A DNA stretch of 64,000 nt from Dehalococcoidia bacterium (lineage in GTDB: Bacteria > Chloroflexota > Dehalococcoidia > UBA2979), in assembly GCA_965219085.1 (NCBI GenBank), contig OZ244720.1:320001-384000 (forward strand), read 5' to 3'. A model generated the notes under the pieces. The model saw only the letters and a list, made by a program, of their open reading frames with translations, did no database searches and was not told the DNA's origin. The number at the start of each line of letters is the position of its first letter. The stretch's first letter is position 1. Made by a program: the position numbers and the translations under genes. Positions 62,993 through 64,000 of this stretch are shown piece after piece.

Positions 62993-64000
62993 CTACTCGG
63001 AGCCCCCGGGGCCGGTGTCCTCGCCCGGCTTGCGCGTCGGCGCGAGGTAGCGCAGGGCGATCACGCCGACGAACGCGCCGATGAGCAGCGCGACCACGAC
63101 GATCGTGCCGAGCACCATGGTCAGCACGCGCTGGATGCCGACGTCCGTGCCGCCTCCGCCGACCCAGATGCCGACCGCGATCGCGAGCGCGATCGCCGCG
63201 CCCGCTCCCAGCACGCCTCCGGTGGGGATGAAGATCTCCAGCACGATGAGCGCTGCCGCCAACCCGACGAGCGCGAGCGCCGCCTCGCCCGGCAGCAGCG
63301 TGCCGAGCCCGAGGAACGCGAGCAGCAGCGCGATCGCCCCGGCGGTACCGGGCAAGAACGACCCCGGTGCGAAGAACAGCTCCGTGCCGATCCCGATGAG
63401 CCCGATGACAAGCAGCAACGACACGATCAGCGGGTCGCTGACGATCGCCAGCACGCGCTCGTAGGGGTTGAACGCGTTCTCGACGCGCGGCGCGGTCGTG
63501 AGCTGTAACTCCACGGTGCGCCCGCCGATCAGCTCCACCTCCCACCCCTCGATGGCCTCGAGGAGGTTGGCCTCGGTAGCGGCGACGAGGTCGACGACGT
63601 TGAGTTCGACGGCCTCGTCGGGCGTCGCGGAGCGCGCCGTGCGGACGGCGTCCTCGGCCCAATCGGCGTTGCGGCCATGGAACTCGGCGACGCCCCGCGC
63701 GAACGCGACGGCGTCATTGGTGACCTTGCGTCCGAGCGCACCCTCGACATCCTCGCCGGTGGCGGCGATGGGCGTGGCCGCGCCGATCGTGGTGCTGGGC
63801 GCCATCGCGGCGACGTGGCCGGCCATCGCGACGAACGTGCCGGCCGAGACCGCCTGCGCACCCGCCGGCCCGACGTAGGTGATGACGGGCGTATCGGCGT
63901 TCTCGATGCGCCCCACGATCGCCTTCATCGCCCCGATCTCCCCGCCCGGCGTGTCGATGCGCAGCAGCACGGCGCGTGCGTTGGTCTCCTCGGCGTGGTC
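62993..64000 (-). CDS. nfeD: NfeD-like membrane-bound serine protease (ClpP class); 5' end outside window
   Basis: LRIDTPGG, P.GAQAVSAG, AMAPSTTIGAATP, KVTNDA, GRNADWAE, followed by multiple TM helices. Confidence 0.9.
   Translation of the reverse strand, partial: DHAEETNARAVLLRIDTPGGEIGAMKAIVGRIENADTPVITYVGPAGAQAVSAGTFVAMAGHVAAMAPSTTIGAATPIAATGEDVEGALGRKVTNDAVAFARGVAEFHGRNADWAEDAVRTARSATPDEAVELNVVDLVAATEANLLEAIEGWEVELIGGRTVELQLTTAPRVENAFNPYERVLAIVSDPLIVSLLLVIGLIGIGTELFFAPGSFLPGTAGAIALLLAFLGLGTLLPGEAALALVGLAAALIVLEIFIPTGGVLGAGAAIALAIAVGIWVGGGGTDVGIQRVLTMVLGTIVVVALLIGAFVGVIALRYLAPTRKPGEDTGPGGSE

Overview
High-GC (~70%) bacterial DNA. The gene content (FN3/cadherin/spondin/LRR/NHL proteins, Ni-SOD) suggests a marine host-associated Chloroflexota/Dehalococcoidia-like organism; this is inference, not a database result. 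About 58 kb is an accessory island of giant secreted modular proteins (loci A-F). Read along the minus strand from a large serine recombinase (38.5-40.2 kb), one unit repeats four times: [3' remnant of an ICE-type SF2 helicase gene] - [conserved ~125-bp structured non-coding element] - [secreted FN3/cadherin adhesin or kexin-like S8 protease-adhesin gene]. Four giant proteins end in the same ~540-aa module (Gly linker, WSDG-repeat propeller, Ig-like domain, two Cys repeats). Two of the S8 proteases, which lack an evident prodomain, are translationally coupled to an upstream surface-protein gene ending in a propeptide-like domain. Five IS elements (2 IS256, 2 IS5, 1 IS110/IS1111 nested in an IS5) disrupt the older units. 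The right end holds a LysR gene, sodN-sodX, several gene relics (HK/RR, higBA, LRR, IS21, NHL) and nfeD.
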